From positions 21,879,625 through 21,937,185 of the forward strand of contig NC_068995.1 of the NCBI RefSeq assembly GCF_001194135.2: a stretch of 57,561 nt of DNA, read 5' to 3'. A model generated the notes under the pieces. It worked only from the letters and a program-made list of their open reading frames with translations. It was not told where the DNA came from and ran no database searches. The position numbers were made by a program, and so were the translations under genes. Position 1 is the first letter of the stretch. Each line of letters begins with the position of its first letter. Origin of the DNA: Octopus bimaculoides (taxonomy: Eukaryota). Positions 41,052 to 54,432 of this stretch are shown in pieces.

Positions 41052-41260
41052 CTTTCTTCTAGAAGCACAAGGCCTCAAATTTGCCGGAAGGGGTTAGGTC
41101 GATTACAACGACCCGTGTGTGTGACTGCTACTCATTTAATCAGCCCCGAAAGGATGAAAGGCAAAGTTGACTCCGGTGGAATTTGAACTCAGAGCGTAAA
41201 GAAAGACGAAATGCTTAGCGGCATTTCGTCTGGCGTGCGAACGATCTTGCCAGCCTGCCG
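41052..41260 (-). mobile_element. Type A SINE with an inverted internal hairpin loop
   Basis: Collinear with other type A copies except 41205-41230. Confidence 0.85.
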
Positions 41261-41286
41261 TCTTTTTTGTCAGCTGACCGGTTTAA

Positions 41287-41327
<41 letters not shown>

Positions 41328-41338
41328 TAAAAACAAAC

Positions 41339-41387
<49 letters not shown>

Positions 41388-41857
41388 TGTTAATAATAAT
41401 AATTTNNNNNNNNNNNNNNNNNNNNNNNNNNNNNNNNNNNNNNNNNNNNNNNNNNNNNNNNNNNNNNNNNNNNNNNNNNNNNNNNNNNNNNNNNNNNNNN
41501 NNNNNNNNNNNNNNNNNNNNNNNNNNNNNNNNNNNNNNNNNNNNNNNNNNNNNNNNNNNNNNNNNNNNNNNNNNNNNNNNNNNNNNNNNNNNNNNNNNNN
41601 NNNNNNNNNNNNNNNNNNNNNNNNNNNNNNNNNNNNNNNNNNNNNNNNNNNNNNNNNNNNNNNNNNNNNNNNNNNNNNNNNNNNNNNNNNNNNNNNNNNN
41701 NNNNNNNNNNNNNNNNNNNNNNNNNNNNNNNNNNNNNNNNNNNNNNNNNNNNNNNNNNNNNNNNNNNNNNNNNNNNNNNNNNNNNNNNNNNNNNNNNNNN
41801 NNNNNNNNNNNNNNNNNNNNNNNNNNNNNNNNNNNNNNNNNNNNNNNNNNNNNNNNN

Positions 41858-41970
<113 letters not shown>

Positions 41971-43301
41971 TGTTAATAATAATAATTTGCTTTTAATGAA
42001 AACAGATGTATTTTTTAATGATATTCGCGTTAATCTCTTCCTTTTTAGCTTTGCTCTAAATCAAATGTTATGATGCAGACCTATATTCAACAGTATTACA
42101 CTTTTGAAAAATTTTGTCTCATAAGAGGAAACTATAGTATGTGAATTCATAAAATTAAATAAACGTGGTATGAAGTGCATTACGTTATTTCTCCCTGGGC
42201 CTTGGTTAAAATCCCGTTATACACTTAACTTTTACATTTTATGTTCAGCTCAAACAAAGAAAATTAGAGGAAGTGATAGGTCATCGAACGCTTTGACCTG
42301 TTGTGTTTGTTCTTGCATTTCTTTTCTTAGATGTTGAGTGGTGCTCAACTCCATCTCCTGATTATTGGATTCAAAGTCTTGTACTCGTCATCGATTTCAC
42401 GATAAATAACTTTCTTCTTCACAGCAGTCGTCTTGGCACTGCAAAATAAGTCCAAAAACATGCCATTCCGTTTAAGATTAGCCATTAAAAATATAGGCCT
42501 ACATTATCTAATACGTCTTTGCTACATTTAAAACCACGGTATATGATTTAAGGGAGATTTGTTTGTTTTTGTCTTGTATCTTCTTCGTTATGGTGATGCA
42601 TAAAAGCATGTAACCCTCTGATAACGCCTTCGTGTCGAAAAGTGTCTGGAAAAGCTGTTTCAAAAAAATATTTATTTTGCAGCCCTTCTTTACATTGAAA
42701 CAATTATTCCACTTGACAGTTCCGTGTAAAGGTAACAACTGGAGCCTATCAGATAACCGTACATGCTTCTACACAGGCAATATATGTTGCACCAACATTA
42801 ACTTTTTATCTCCCTGTACAGTGTGTTTTTAGATGAACGGTTCATTTCTTCTTTTAAGTGTCCCCTCTCGAAGGTAATGCATATAAGATATAATTCATTT
42901 TATGTACAAAATGCTTGAAAGCCACTGAGAATAACAGTTTCATTTCTCCATTGTTTTTGCTACTATTGTTGGTTCTGTTGCTGTTCCTGAAATATATGGA
43001 TTCTGCTTTCTATTTTTAAGCCCTCGCTAAGGAAGAAGATGTCAAGTATTTTTCTTCTAAATTTCGTCAATAATCTCAAATCTGAGCATCGTTACAAGAA
43101 ATAAACGACAATAATTTATCTATTTTCAGTTGAGATAGTACTCCTATATTTTACTTTACATGGGAAGGTTTATAAACATGAAATATATAATCCATGACAG
43201 AAATGTTATGATATACAGAGAGGGTAAACGCCAAAATCCTATGGATACATATTTATAGATAAATATTAAGAAACTATCCTAACTTTACTTGCTAACTGCA
43301 A

Positions 43302-43490
43302 GTGGCGAGCTAGCAGAATCCATAGCATGTCAGGCAAAATGCTTAATAGCATTTTATCCGTCTTCGTGTTCAGAGTTCAAATTCCGCCGAGGTCGTCTTT
43401 CTGTTCATCTCTTTAGGGTCGGTAAAATAAGTACCACAGGGTCGATCAAATACGTACTAGCTGAACACTTTGATCGATGCAGTCGTCTTG
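43302..43490 (+). mobile_element. Type A SINE
   Basis: gtggcgagctagcagaatc...gagttcaaattccgccgaggtcg...aaataagtacc. Confidence 0.8.
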
Positions 43491-44396
43491 CCATTTCTAT
43501 GAAATCAATATATCTTGTTCCTTGTAAAATATAAAACAAAGAAACAAAACGAAACAAAATAGAAATGTATATTTCTACATTATTAATGATGCAAAACCTT
43601 AAAAAATATGTGTGAAAGAGCTTCCTAATTATTGTAGTGATTCATTTGCCTATGGCTTGTATCGCATTATTGAGCGCTGACAGAATTCAACGTAGGATTT
43701 CCGTAGATGTGATAAACATAAATCAAAGAACTACTTGTTTTGGCTCTGTTTAAATTGAGGGGCATCTACAAAAATCTTCCAGTCCAAATCCTATAATCTT
43801 TGGCACAAGCTATGACATCTTAGTAGCACGATAAAACAAGCCATACGCAAATGGGTCACTATAAGTATTATGAAACGTTTCACAAATATTTTGTATGATG
43901 ATCCATTTTTTTTTTAATTTAGAAGTCCAGATATTTATATATATATATATATATATTCCTTTCAAGTGATTCTTTCTCCTTGTTTTTTAGTTCTAAAAAA
44001 AAGAAGCAAATAACAATAACAGAATTTAAGATAAACAGTATCATGAGGATAATAAATAATTTAGATAGAAAACAAAAAAATATATAAATAAATGTGTTTA
44101 AACTACGTGCTAGCGAATCGATGACGCCGTTCTGACGAATAAATTTTCTAATAAACTTGATAAGGTCTATGTTTAACAATTATTTGTCTATTTCGTGGAT
44201 GAATGAGAAACATGTCTACGATTGTTTTCCAGTACATTATAAATATTATGAAATTGTGAATATTTTATAGTTTGTTGAATAATAATCACAGTCTTTTTAC
44301 GAATTAGGTGAGTATAGTCACGTATCTATACATAATCCCCGTATATCGCATAAACGTCCGTAGCGTAAAGTACATACATCTATGTATATGGACAAG

Positions 44397-44518
<122 letters not shown>

Positions 44519-45955
44519 ACTTGCAGAATTGTCTCAGTTTATATATGTATGCATGTGAGTTGTGTTAAGTTGAAACCTCAGAGAAATGCGAAGTTCTCAA
44601 TTTTTTTCCATCTTACGTACAGCAATATAACTGAATCAACATATGATATATTCATGCACTGAATAGAAACTATAAGATATATGATATATATTAACAACAG
44701 AATACTTTTGATTTGGTTGCAACATAACACTAATTTACAAAAGGTAACCGACCTTCATCCGCTCAGCACTTTGAAATACTTCAACAAATACTTAATATTT
44801 TGACGATAACAAAGAAAATTGCAGGCGTGATACATATTAAGAAAACGATATTTTATTTGTTAAGACATGTAACTCCATGATACGAGACAGTCTGGCGTAC
44901 AGCGAATAGATATTTCAAGATAATTCAACAAATATATCCACTTAAACCAACAATAGACATTGGAGCTAAGCGTGTTACTGAGATAGAATTCTTAAGGAAA
45001 GATATTCATTTGTTCTGATATATAAAATCACATTCATCATTGAGCTGATTATAAAGTTTCTAGTGTTCTAATACCTTCGAAACATTTTTATAGATAGTAG
45101 TTCGCTGGTTGTTTCTGTATGACATGTTGTTAGAGCATGGATGACTTATTCTTTCTATTGCAGTCTAGATTTATTATGCAAGCCTTTCATTCAAACTGCG
45201 GGTTATTTCTCTCATAAGATGGTGTTGCCTACTTTTCTTTTCCCTACCTCTTATATACCATTTATATAATACCTCTTATATAATACACCATTGGAAAGTC
45301 AACATAGAGGTAGTACTGTAAGGAAACCAACGCAGTTTGGGCGATTTTTTAATGAACATTATGTCTCAACAAACAAAACACGATTTGTTTCGCTTTTCTT
45401 TTTTCAGTGGGATTTTTTGACGATTGTGCGTTAATATTAACTGAATACTAATGACACTATTCTCAATGCTCCCTGGCAAAAAATTTGAAATTCAATTATT
45501 ATTTGTAGATGCATTCGTACAAAAATAACTATCAATTGACAAAAACTTAGATATTCATCGTACAATTTGCAGGTCAACGTAACTGCACGAAGGATAGTAA
45601 TTGTATGTATCAATACATCGATGACTGAAATTTTTACGATGAATATTTGCTACATTTTAATAAAATCATATGAACAAATGAAATTAATTGTTTTGCTATT
45701 CGTATCTAAAATTACAATATTCATGACAGTTTGGAAATAATATGATAAAGAAAAGCTTAACTTTAATTCTAATCATTTAAGATTCATAACTACCTCAAAA
45801 GAATTTTGAACTTTATACATTTTCAAGAATTAACTTTCATGTAAAAATTTTTGTCTTTAAAATCCTTAAGTTACAAAGCTTCGTTATCATAAGGGTAAAG
45901 AAATAAATATATCAATAAATAAATGTGATACGTATTATTGTATAAGGTATAATAA

Positions 45956-46151
45956 GACGGCAGAATAGTTAGCACGCTGAACAAAATGGTTAGCAGCATT
46001 TCATCCGTCTTTACGTTCTGAGTTCAAAACTCCGCTGTGTTCGAGGTTCGCTTTCATCCTCTAGGGGTCGAAAAAAGAAGAACCATTTGAGCACTTGAGT
46101 CGATGTAATCGACTTAACCCTTCGCCACATCGGTGGCCTTGTGCCGAAATG
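45956..46151 (+). mobile_element. Type A SINE
   Basis: ggcagaatagttagcacgctg...gagttcaaaactcc...gtcgatgtaatcgact...ggccttgtgccgaaat. Confidence 0.8.
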
Positions 46152-46858
46152 CTGGTGTAGTTGACTAGCTGAAAGGAGGAAACATGAATCTACCGAGAGA
46201 ACCTGAATGAAGGTGCAATGAGTCTAATTCGCTCTTAAGAGCTCAGGGAATTGTAGTACAATAGGTGAAACAAAGAAAATCAAAAGTCAACAAGTGAAAC
46301 GGTTCTCCAACAGTCAGTTGAGTTGCATTTTCTGTATGCGGTATTGGAACTTTCTACAGGATCCCAGCGCCACCATTCAGTTACCAAGTGCATTACGCTA
46401 TCGATGCATTCAACTAAGCTTTGGGAATATGAAGGACATGAATAAAGCAAAAGAGAAATTAAAAATAGCAAGAGATATAGCTTCACAATAACTGTATGCC
46501 TTTACTCGCCTCATTCATTTACTGCTTGCTGAGAGTTGGCTTTCATCTAATTGTAAGATTAATATTTATCGTGAATCTAAAAATTATGTAAGTAAATATA
46601 TACAAATTAGTGGGTCTGTACCTAAATTGTTGCCTTAATTTTCTCAATTGCTTGGGTAAAATGCACTATATAAATTTTATTTTGCAATGTAACATCTTAC
46701 ATTTCATATCGACGTGAGATTTCAAATCTAAATCTAATGTTTCTAAGCTCACCACTTATCTTTCGTTGCCCAGTGACTAGATGGATCTTAATGTATCTTG
46801 TTTTACTTCAGCAACATTGAGCTAATTACAGGAGTAATGGAGGATTCAAAATGGATGA

Positions 46859-46893
<35 letters not shown>

Positions 46894-47292
46894 GAAATGT
46901 TACCTAGGGAAATAAGAGACTTAATTTGATACAATAGTATCTCAGAAGTAATCAGTTAAATATGATAAGTGCTTGCTGTGCTCCAAATTTGCCTTCTGAA
47001 AGTAATTTTTCTAAATTAAGGTACGCAGAAAATACCACTGTACATAAAATCGCCTATATGTTGATGAATCTAAATGAGATAATTATTCTGATCAATGAAT
47101 AGCTTTAAATATTTCTAAAAAATGAATTGCTGCCATTACTGTATTTCAGCCGCACTAATCCCATTCTCTTACCGAAATTTATTGATAAGAAGTACATTCT
47201 ATACACAATACTATTTTCATTCCAAAAATATCAAATGTTAAAAGCACCTTGTTTGTTTTGAAGAACATTTGCCCAGGAATATTCTTTTCTAC

Positions 47293-47495
47293 TCTAGGCA
47301 CAAGGACCGAAATTTTGGGGGAGTGGACCAGTCGATTAGATCGAAGCCAGTATGAAGCTGGTACTTACTTTATTTACCCCGAAAGGATAAAAAGCAAAGT
47401 CGACCTCGGAGGAATTGGAACCCAGACGGTAAAGTCAGTCAAAATACCGCTAAGCATTTCGGCTAGCGTGCTAACGTTTCTGCCAGCTCACCGCC
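47293..47495 (-). mobile_element. Type A SINE
   Basis: Reverse complement ggcggtgagctggcagaaacgttagcacgctagccgaaatgcttagcggtatttt. Confidence 0.85.
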
Positions 47496-47539
47496 ATACT
47501 TTTGAAAAATATTTCCTGATGAAATCCTAATTGACGCAA

Positions 47540-47637
47540 AGGTATTAAATTTGGGGGGAGGAGGCCCAGTCGATTAGATCGAGCCCTGTACGCAACTGGT
47601 ACTTAGTCTATCGACTCTGAAAGGATGAAAAGCAAAC
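47540..47637 (-). mobile_element. Partial type A SINE (3' half)
   Basis: gtcgattagatcga...ggtactta...tcgactctgaaaggatgaaaagcaaa matches the 3' half of the neighbouring copy. Confidence 0.7.
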
Positions 47638-49014
47638 TAACTTACCACTTAAAGGATTGTATATTACTTAAAAATGTATGCTTACTATTTTTTATTCAGT
47701 ATATTTCCCTTGCCTGTTAACTCAATAAATAACTTGTTGTATCTTCTGACCTATTATAAATGCTTTCCATCTTTTGCTAAATATTTTCATCTTTTGCTAA
47801 ATATTTCCAAACATCATTTACGCCACAATAATCACTATCTTACATACAACCTAACACTGAACATTAGAAAAAGGCCCAATGATACAAGTTTCGTGAGAGA
47901 CAGGCATATACCTTTGTTTAGTTCATGAATGATTTCCAGTGCCCATGTATAACACTTCGTCAGTGTGTACACTGACCCCGACCAACAAGAAACTAATATA
48001 CTCTTATTTGATTTACAATGTTTTCTTTCTAAAAATACTCTTCTTGTATCTGCTTCGCATATTCAGTAACTTCCATCTAAAGTTTTTCTACTAATTTCTA
48101 TATTGTCAGTACTAGATGGAAATTCCCCATTTTAGAACAAGGGTTATATCTCTCAAAAAGATATTTCACTCTATGTTCAACTTTGTAAATGAATTCATCC
48201 AAAATCACGATTTTAAGAGCTAACACAGGCTATCGCCAGTTACACCAGATGCTTCATTCTATAGTAACATTTAAAGAAAATTGCATTGTATATAATCTGG
48301 TTCCAGAATGCATGACTTAATTTAGAGAAAATAAAAGGTGCCACATAAAGGAAGAAAAAAAAACTACTGAATTATATTCAGCATTTGGTTTTACTTCACG
48401 CGATTGTTTGTCGATACATATATGTTCTTACGCATATTGTACTATGTTACATCTTCAAAATGCATTCAATTGGTATGGAATTAAACTTTCACCTTGGGAA
48501 TCCCTTAGTACATTTTGCTTTATTTATTTCTACTTTTAGTTAAATAAATACTTTACAATACATGAACCATGTATGGCCAAGAAATTTGTATAATTTAAAA
48601 TCATATATCTTGAAAGAAACGTTAAATTTATAATCTAGGTATATTGTGAAATGCTGCCTATGTATTTGACGTAGAGGTGCACATACTCCGAGAAAAAAGG
48701 CTTACGTTAAATCACCAAAACTGTGTCTACGACATTTATGAAAATATGCGTTTGTATAATAGTGTGGTACAATAATATGGAAACAGTGAAAGACCTGTAC
48801 AGATTTGATCGCACAACGTGGGAATGGGTAGGACAATATAATAACTCTTCAAATGCCAGAATATAATCAAAAATTAAAATTGAAGTTTTGCAGTAGGTTT
48901 ATTGGGAGATATTTGTGTATCATATCCCAAATATAAGAATATCAAATAAATTCGATATATATTTCAATATAATCAACGATGTTCATTGAAATACTGGATT
49001 AAATAAGATATAAA

Positions 49015-49015
<1 letters not shown>

Positions 49016-49065
<50 letters not shown>

Positions 49066-49130
49066 AACAGACAGACAGACAGACAAACAGACAGATAGAC
49101 AGACAGACAGATAGATAGATAAATAAATAA

Positions 49131-49161
<31 letters not shown>

Positions 49162-49200
49162 TATATATATATATATAGATAGATAGATAGATAGATAGAT
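49016..49200. repeat. Compound (TA)n/(GACA)n/(GATA)n microsatellite
   Basis: Visible directly. Confidence 0.9.
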
Positions 49201-49836
49201 ATTCCTTTTTACCTTTTGAGTTTGGCTCTAAGAAAAGACACAATATTATCAATTCTTTATTTGAAAGCAATTTCATAAATGCATCTTTAATATTTGAACT
49301 GTATATTTGCATCTTTCAAGAAAGATAAATAGAATTGTGCTTTCAAACTTTTCCCAATGGAAACATTCAGCTGCTCTTGTTAGCTACCAAACTATTATTG
49401 AGAATGAAAACGTTGCTTCTGTCGGTGACACTGTCGCCAGATAACATCAAGCAACTGATGTTAATGACATACATCTTTGCTAACAAATCTGAATTTCTAT
49501 ATAATTACACTTCTTCAAATTGATGCACACATAACATTTATGAATTCAATTTACCGATACATACACTTTAGAAACACACACACAAACATACACATACACA
49601 AACACACAAAATCATTACCAATATCGCTAGCAACGATTTAACGCCCTATTTTCCGGTTATACTTTAACTAGCAATGTATCCTTTATATTTTATTTCAATC
49701 CCTAAAATATTCAATACAACAATAATTTATTTCAATCTGTTAACGAGTGATAACTTCTAAGCTACTAATAGATTGCAAGGGCAACTGTAGGTATCGGATT
49801 CCTATACAATTGAGTGACCCCGTTTACATATATGTA

Positions 49837-50460
49837 CGAAGTGCGTTCAGAAATTATCCGACGTTATTTTTTCTCGCCAAAACTAATACCTCACTGGCAA
49901 AATTCTTTGGTGTGCAAGCGTGTTCTGCACGTTCGTCGGATTTTCATTTTCATTGAACGCATTAAGCAGAGAAACTGCATCACGTTTTGCCAACAGATTG
50001 ATGATACTCATGCTCAAACCATTCAGAAGATTCAGCAGATCTTTGCCGACGATGACATGGGTAAAATTACAATCAAACTGTGCTACAATCGCTTCAAACA
50101 TGGCCACACTCAGTGGAGAGCGATACTCACTCAGACAGGTCATCCTCAAGCTGAAATTGAGAACCGATTGTGAAGTTTCGGCGAATAGTCATGCTGTAAA
50201 AATCCTGGAAACTGCTCCCGCAGTGGGAATAAACGCAGGATCAGTGTATTCCATGTTAACAGAGTATTTGTGTATGCAGAGAGTGTTTGCGAAATCCATC
50301 GCTAAAGTGCTGAAACTCCGCATGGAAATCACTCAGGAGGTGATGGGCTATCCAAAACCACGAATGCCATCATCAGTTGTGATGAGACATGGGTGCATGG
50401 TCTCTGCTCGATGCGTTCGGTTGTCTCCTGTGAAAAGGAACATCGGATGTGCTTGACTGT
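49837..50460 (+). mobile_element. Decayed mariner transposon remnant (left TIR plus N-terminal HTH region)
   Basis: TA then cgaagtgcgttcagaaattatccga (mariner-like TIR). Translation IKQRNCITFCQQI...TIQKIQQIFADDDMGK...YNRFKHG and VGINAGSVYSMLTEYLCMQRVFAK, then a degenerate GDETWV-like region. Right TIR not found. Confidence 0.8.
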
Positions 50461-50879
50461 GTGGACGTTGGGGAATTCGTTGATATCAGTTCCAGATTTC
50501 ACCACTTCTCCCGTTCTTCTATCCTCGGTAAGTCGAAATAAGTGCGGTCTGCTAATAGTGGATATTTAATTTACCACCACAGATAATAATAATTTGTTGT
50601 CACAGTCAGTACAACTTTTCATGCCGCGAAAATTAACGGTAATTAGCATGTGCTCTTGCTAGAAAAAGGCAAGTAAACTATAAATGCTCATTTTACTTCT
50701 AATTTTAATTTTAATTATATTTTATTAATAGCTCTTTTCTCTCTAAATAGTCTATTTTAGTACATATTTTTGATACGTTTTTCAAAAATCGAAACATATA
50801 AAACAAAACTAAAAATTCTTATTTTAATGTATATAAAAATGTACCCAATTCTAAGAAAGTAGCATTTTCGTACTTTTTT

Positions 50880-50922
<43 letters not shown>

Positions 50923-51744
50923 NNNNNNNNNNNNNNNNNNNNNNNNNNNNNNNNNNNNNNNNNNNNNNNNNNNNNNNNNNNNNNNNNNNNNNNNNNNNNN
51001 NNNNNNNNNNNNNNNNNNNNNNNNNNNNNNNNNNNNNNNNNNNNNNNNNNNNNNNNNNNNNNNNNNNNNNNNNNNNNNNNNNNNNNNNNNNNNNNNNNNN
51101 NNNNNNNNNNNNNNNNNNNNNNNNNNNNNNNNNNNNNNNNNNNNNNNNNNNNNNNNNNNNNNNNNNNNNNNNNNNNNNNNNNNNNNNNNNNNNNNNNNNN
51201 NNNNNNNNNNNNNNNNNNNNNNNNNNNNNNNNNNNNNNNNNNNNNNNNNNNNNNNNNNNNNNNNNNNNNNNNNNNNNNNNNNNNNNNNNNNNNNNNNNNN
51301 NNNNNNNNNNNNNNNNNNNNNNNNNNNNNNNNNNNNNNNNNNNNNNNNNNNNNNNNNNNNNNNNNNNNNNNNNNNNNNNNNNNNNNNNNNNNNNNNNNNN
51401 NNNNNNNNNNNNNNNNNNNNNNNNNNNNNNNNNNNNNNNNNNNNNNNNNNNNNNNNNNNNNNNNNNNNNNNNNNNNNNNNNNNNNNNNNNNNNNNNNNNN
51501 NNNNNNNNNNNNNNNNNNNNNNNNNNNNNNNNNNNNNNNNNNNNNNNNNNNNNNNNNNNNNNNNNNNNNNNNNNNNNNNNNNNNNNNNNNNNNNNNNNNN
51601 NNNNNNNNNNNNNNNNNNNNNNNNNNNNNNNNNNNNNNNNNNNNNNNNNNNNNNNNNNNNNNNNNNNNNNNNNNNNNNNNNNNNNNNNNNNNNNNNNNTA
51701 TATGGCCTCATGTTTGAAACATATAAAAAAGTAAACGAATAAAA

Positions 51745-52050
51745 GGAGTGGATGTGTGGTAAGTAGCTTGCTTACCAACCACATGATTCCGGGTTCAGTC
51801 CCACTGCGTGGCACCTTGAATGTATTTGGTCAACTGAAACTGATAGAAGCTCGTCGTATATATATGTGTTTGTTTGTTTGTATGTCTGTGTTTGTCCCCT
51901 CACAATCGTACCCGTAATCTAGCGGTTCGGAAAAAGACACCGATAGAATAAGTACTAGGTTGGCAAAGAATAAGTCTTGGGGTCGATTTGTTCAACGAAA
52001 GGCGGTGCTCCAGCATGGCCGCAGTCGAATGATTGAAACAAATGAAAGAA
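51745..52050 (+). mobile_element. Type B SINE with internal microsatellite
   Basis: ggagtggatgtgtggtaagtagcttgc...ccgggttcagtcccactgcgtggcacc, internal TA/TG run, tail ggggtcgatttg...ggcggtgctccagcatggccgcagtc; followed by (AG)n. Confidence 0.85.
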
Positions 52051-52055
52051 TATAT

Positions 52056-52108
<53 letters not shown>

Positions 52109-52210
52109 GATACCTATCAAAATGCATATATGTTTGCATGTACATAAATACATATACACATCCATACATATGTGTGTGTGTGTGCGCGTGTGTGTGTATG
52201 TATATATGTG

Positions 52211-54322
52211 AGGAGAATAATCTGCAAATGTAGGAGTCTCTTAAAACTATTCATTACCTTAACGGGTTTCATTTATTTAAAAGGATTTTCAAAAGTAAAG
52301 TGTGAGCTTTTGTGTATCCTCTGTGATGTCAAAAATTAGTTTACATAAATGTATTCAAATCAAGTAATAGAGTTTTTGACGATGATAAGAAAAGACTTGA
52401 GGCTTTGTGCATCCTCTGTGATGAGTAGAAAATTAGATTACATAAAAACATACAGATCAGGTAATATTCTTTATTCCTTATAATGATAAGAAAAAAAAAA
52501 TAGTCTACATGAATATATCTCAATGACGTAGTAGAGTCTTTGACAAGAATATAAAATATATGCATCCTCTGTGATTAGTCAAGAAATAGTTTCCGTTAAA
52601 ACATTCAGACATGATAATGAAATTCTTTTACACTAAGATGAAAACTAGTTTACATGAATACATACCGATCAAGTAACAGAGTCTTTGACAAGAATATGAA
52701 ATATGTAACAAAGCATTTAAAGTTCTCGGATGTGGATTCTAAGTGTCTTGCATCTGGCTGGAGTTTCGCAGTTATAAAAGTGTTGCAATTCTTCTGTATA
52801 AAATCTTCCTTTTATCCAAAAATGATAAATCTCACACATACAAATGTGCGCACACTCACCCTGCCATGACAAACACGGCACGCATACACCTCCACACAAA
52901 TCACTCTAACAAGCGCGAGACACATATATACACACGCACTCACGCACGCACATACACGCACACATACACGCACTCACACATGTGCTGACGCATACATACC
53001 GCCCCGATTAATACAAGAAACACACACATACATACACACTCTCCCCCCACACACACGCATACCCACGTGCACGCGCACAAACCGCCCTAACAAGCGCAAC
53101 ACACACACGTGCATACGCACACACACCCACACATGCACATTGTCCTGACGAAAGGTAACACACACACTTGCACACACATGGACATACACACAGCGTCCTG
53201 ACCAATAAAACACGCATGCACATTTATACACATATACATACCGCCCAGACAATTATAACACACACACACATACACACCTGCATGCACACACCGCTCTGAG
53301 CAACACAACATGAGCACATACACACGTACACCTACACGCGTACACATACAGACGTACACATACACCCTAACAAACGCAATACACACACTCATACACATGT
53401 ACATATACGACGCACAGGCTCACACACACATACGCACACATGCACGCCAACCCGACAAACATAACGCACACATGCATAGACAGATATAACACACACATAC
53501 ACACATAAAACCTGCCAAATATAACACACACACCACCCTGATAAATATAACACACACATTCACATGCATATACCACACCCATACACACGTATACACACAC
53601 AAAACCCTGACAAACGCGACACACACATACACGCGCACACACACGCACACATACATAGACACACAAGTACACAAACACAAATGGTACACCCATATACACG
53701 CACACACGTTCACACACACACACACAAACTAAACTATCCACATTTCAAGGGAAAAACAGATAAACATGCGTACACACATACACTCACACGCAAATACACA
53801 CCATTCTTCACTTATAAGTCACCCATATAAACGCACTTTTATCAATCGTCAACTCCATTGTGACCTCTGACCATCAGCCACCCACACGATTTTTACACGT
53901 GAATACTGGATGAAATGGCATTTAAGGCGTATATCATTAACATTTATCATTTTTGGATAAAAGGAACACTTTATACAGAAGAATAACAAATCTCTTTATA
54001 ACTGCCATACTCCAGTCAGATTCAAAACCCTTCTAAGTGTCTTTCCACATCCGAGAAATGTACATGCTCTGTTACATATTTTATATTCTTGTCGAAGACT
54101 CTGTAATTTGATCGGGATGTATTCATGTAAACTAATTTTTACCTTCTTATCGTTATAAAATAAATTTATAATATGTTCTGATTGTTTTCATGTAAACTAT
54201 TTCTTGACTCATCACAGAGGATGCACAAAACCTCACACTAGTTTTGAAAATCTTTTTAAATAAGTAAAACCGGTCTAGTTAAATAATTTTGAATGACTTC
54301 TGCATTTTCAGATTCTTTTCCT
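52211..54322. mobile_element. Putative foldback-like non-autonomous element: long modular inverted arms (52211-52830, 53942-54322) around a CA-rich minisatellite
   Basis: Arms align by eye in reverse complement at roughly 75-80% identity; candidate 8-bp TSD tatatgtg/tatatttg; no ORF. The inverted repeat is observed, the transposon identity is inferred. Confidence 0.55.
52831..53800. repeat. Degenerate CA-rich minisatellite with recurring anchor motif CCCTGACAAAYATAAC
   Basis: About a dozen anchor variants (e.g. ccctaacaagc, cctgaccaataaaac, cccagacaattataac, cccgacaaacataac, ccctgataaatataac, ccctgacaaacgcgac) spaced roughly 30-90 bp apart by (AC)-rich linkers. Confidence 0.75.
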
Positions 54323-54355
54323 TATATTTGTACTCGTGTGGTAACAGTCAACTTT

Positions 54356-54432
54356 GTATGTATGTATGTATGTATGTATGTATGTATGTATGTATGTATG
54401 TATGTATGTGTATGTGTGTGTGTGTGTGTGTG
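54356..54432. repeat. (TATG)n/(TG)n microsatellite
   Basis: Visible directly. Confidence 0.95.

Noticed and set aside
46280-46486. Minus-strand ORF resembling a secreted peptide (MKLYLLLFLISLLLYSCPSYSQS...)
   Set aside because: The start is GTG, with an in-frame TAA five codons upstream and no ATG; in a eukaryote there is no support without splice evidence.
47766-47806. 20-bp tandem duplication (catcttttgctaaatattt)
   Set aside because: Ordinary slippage duplication.
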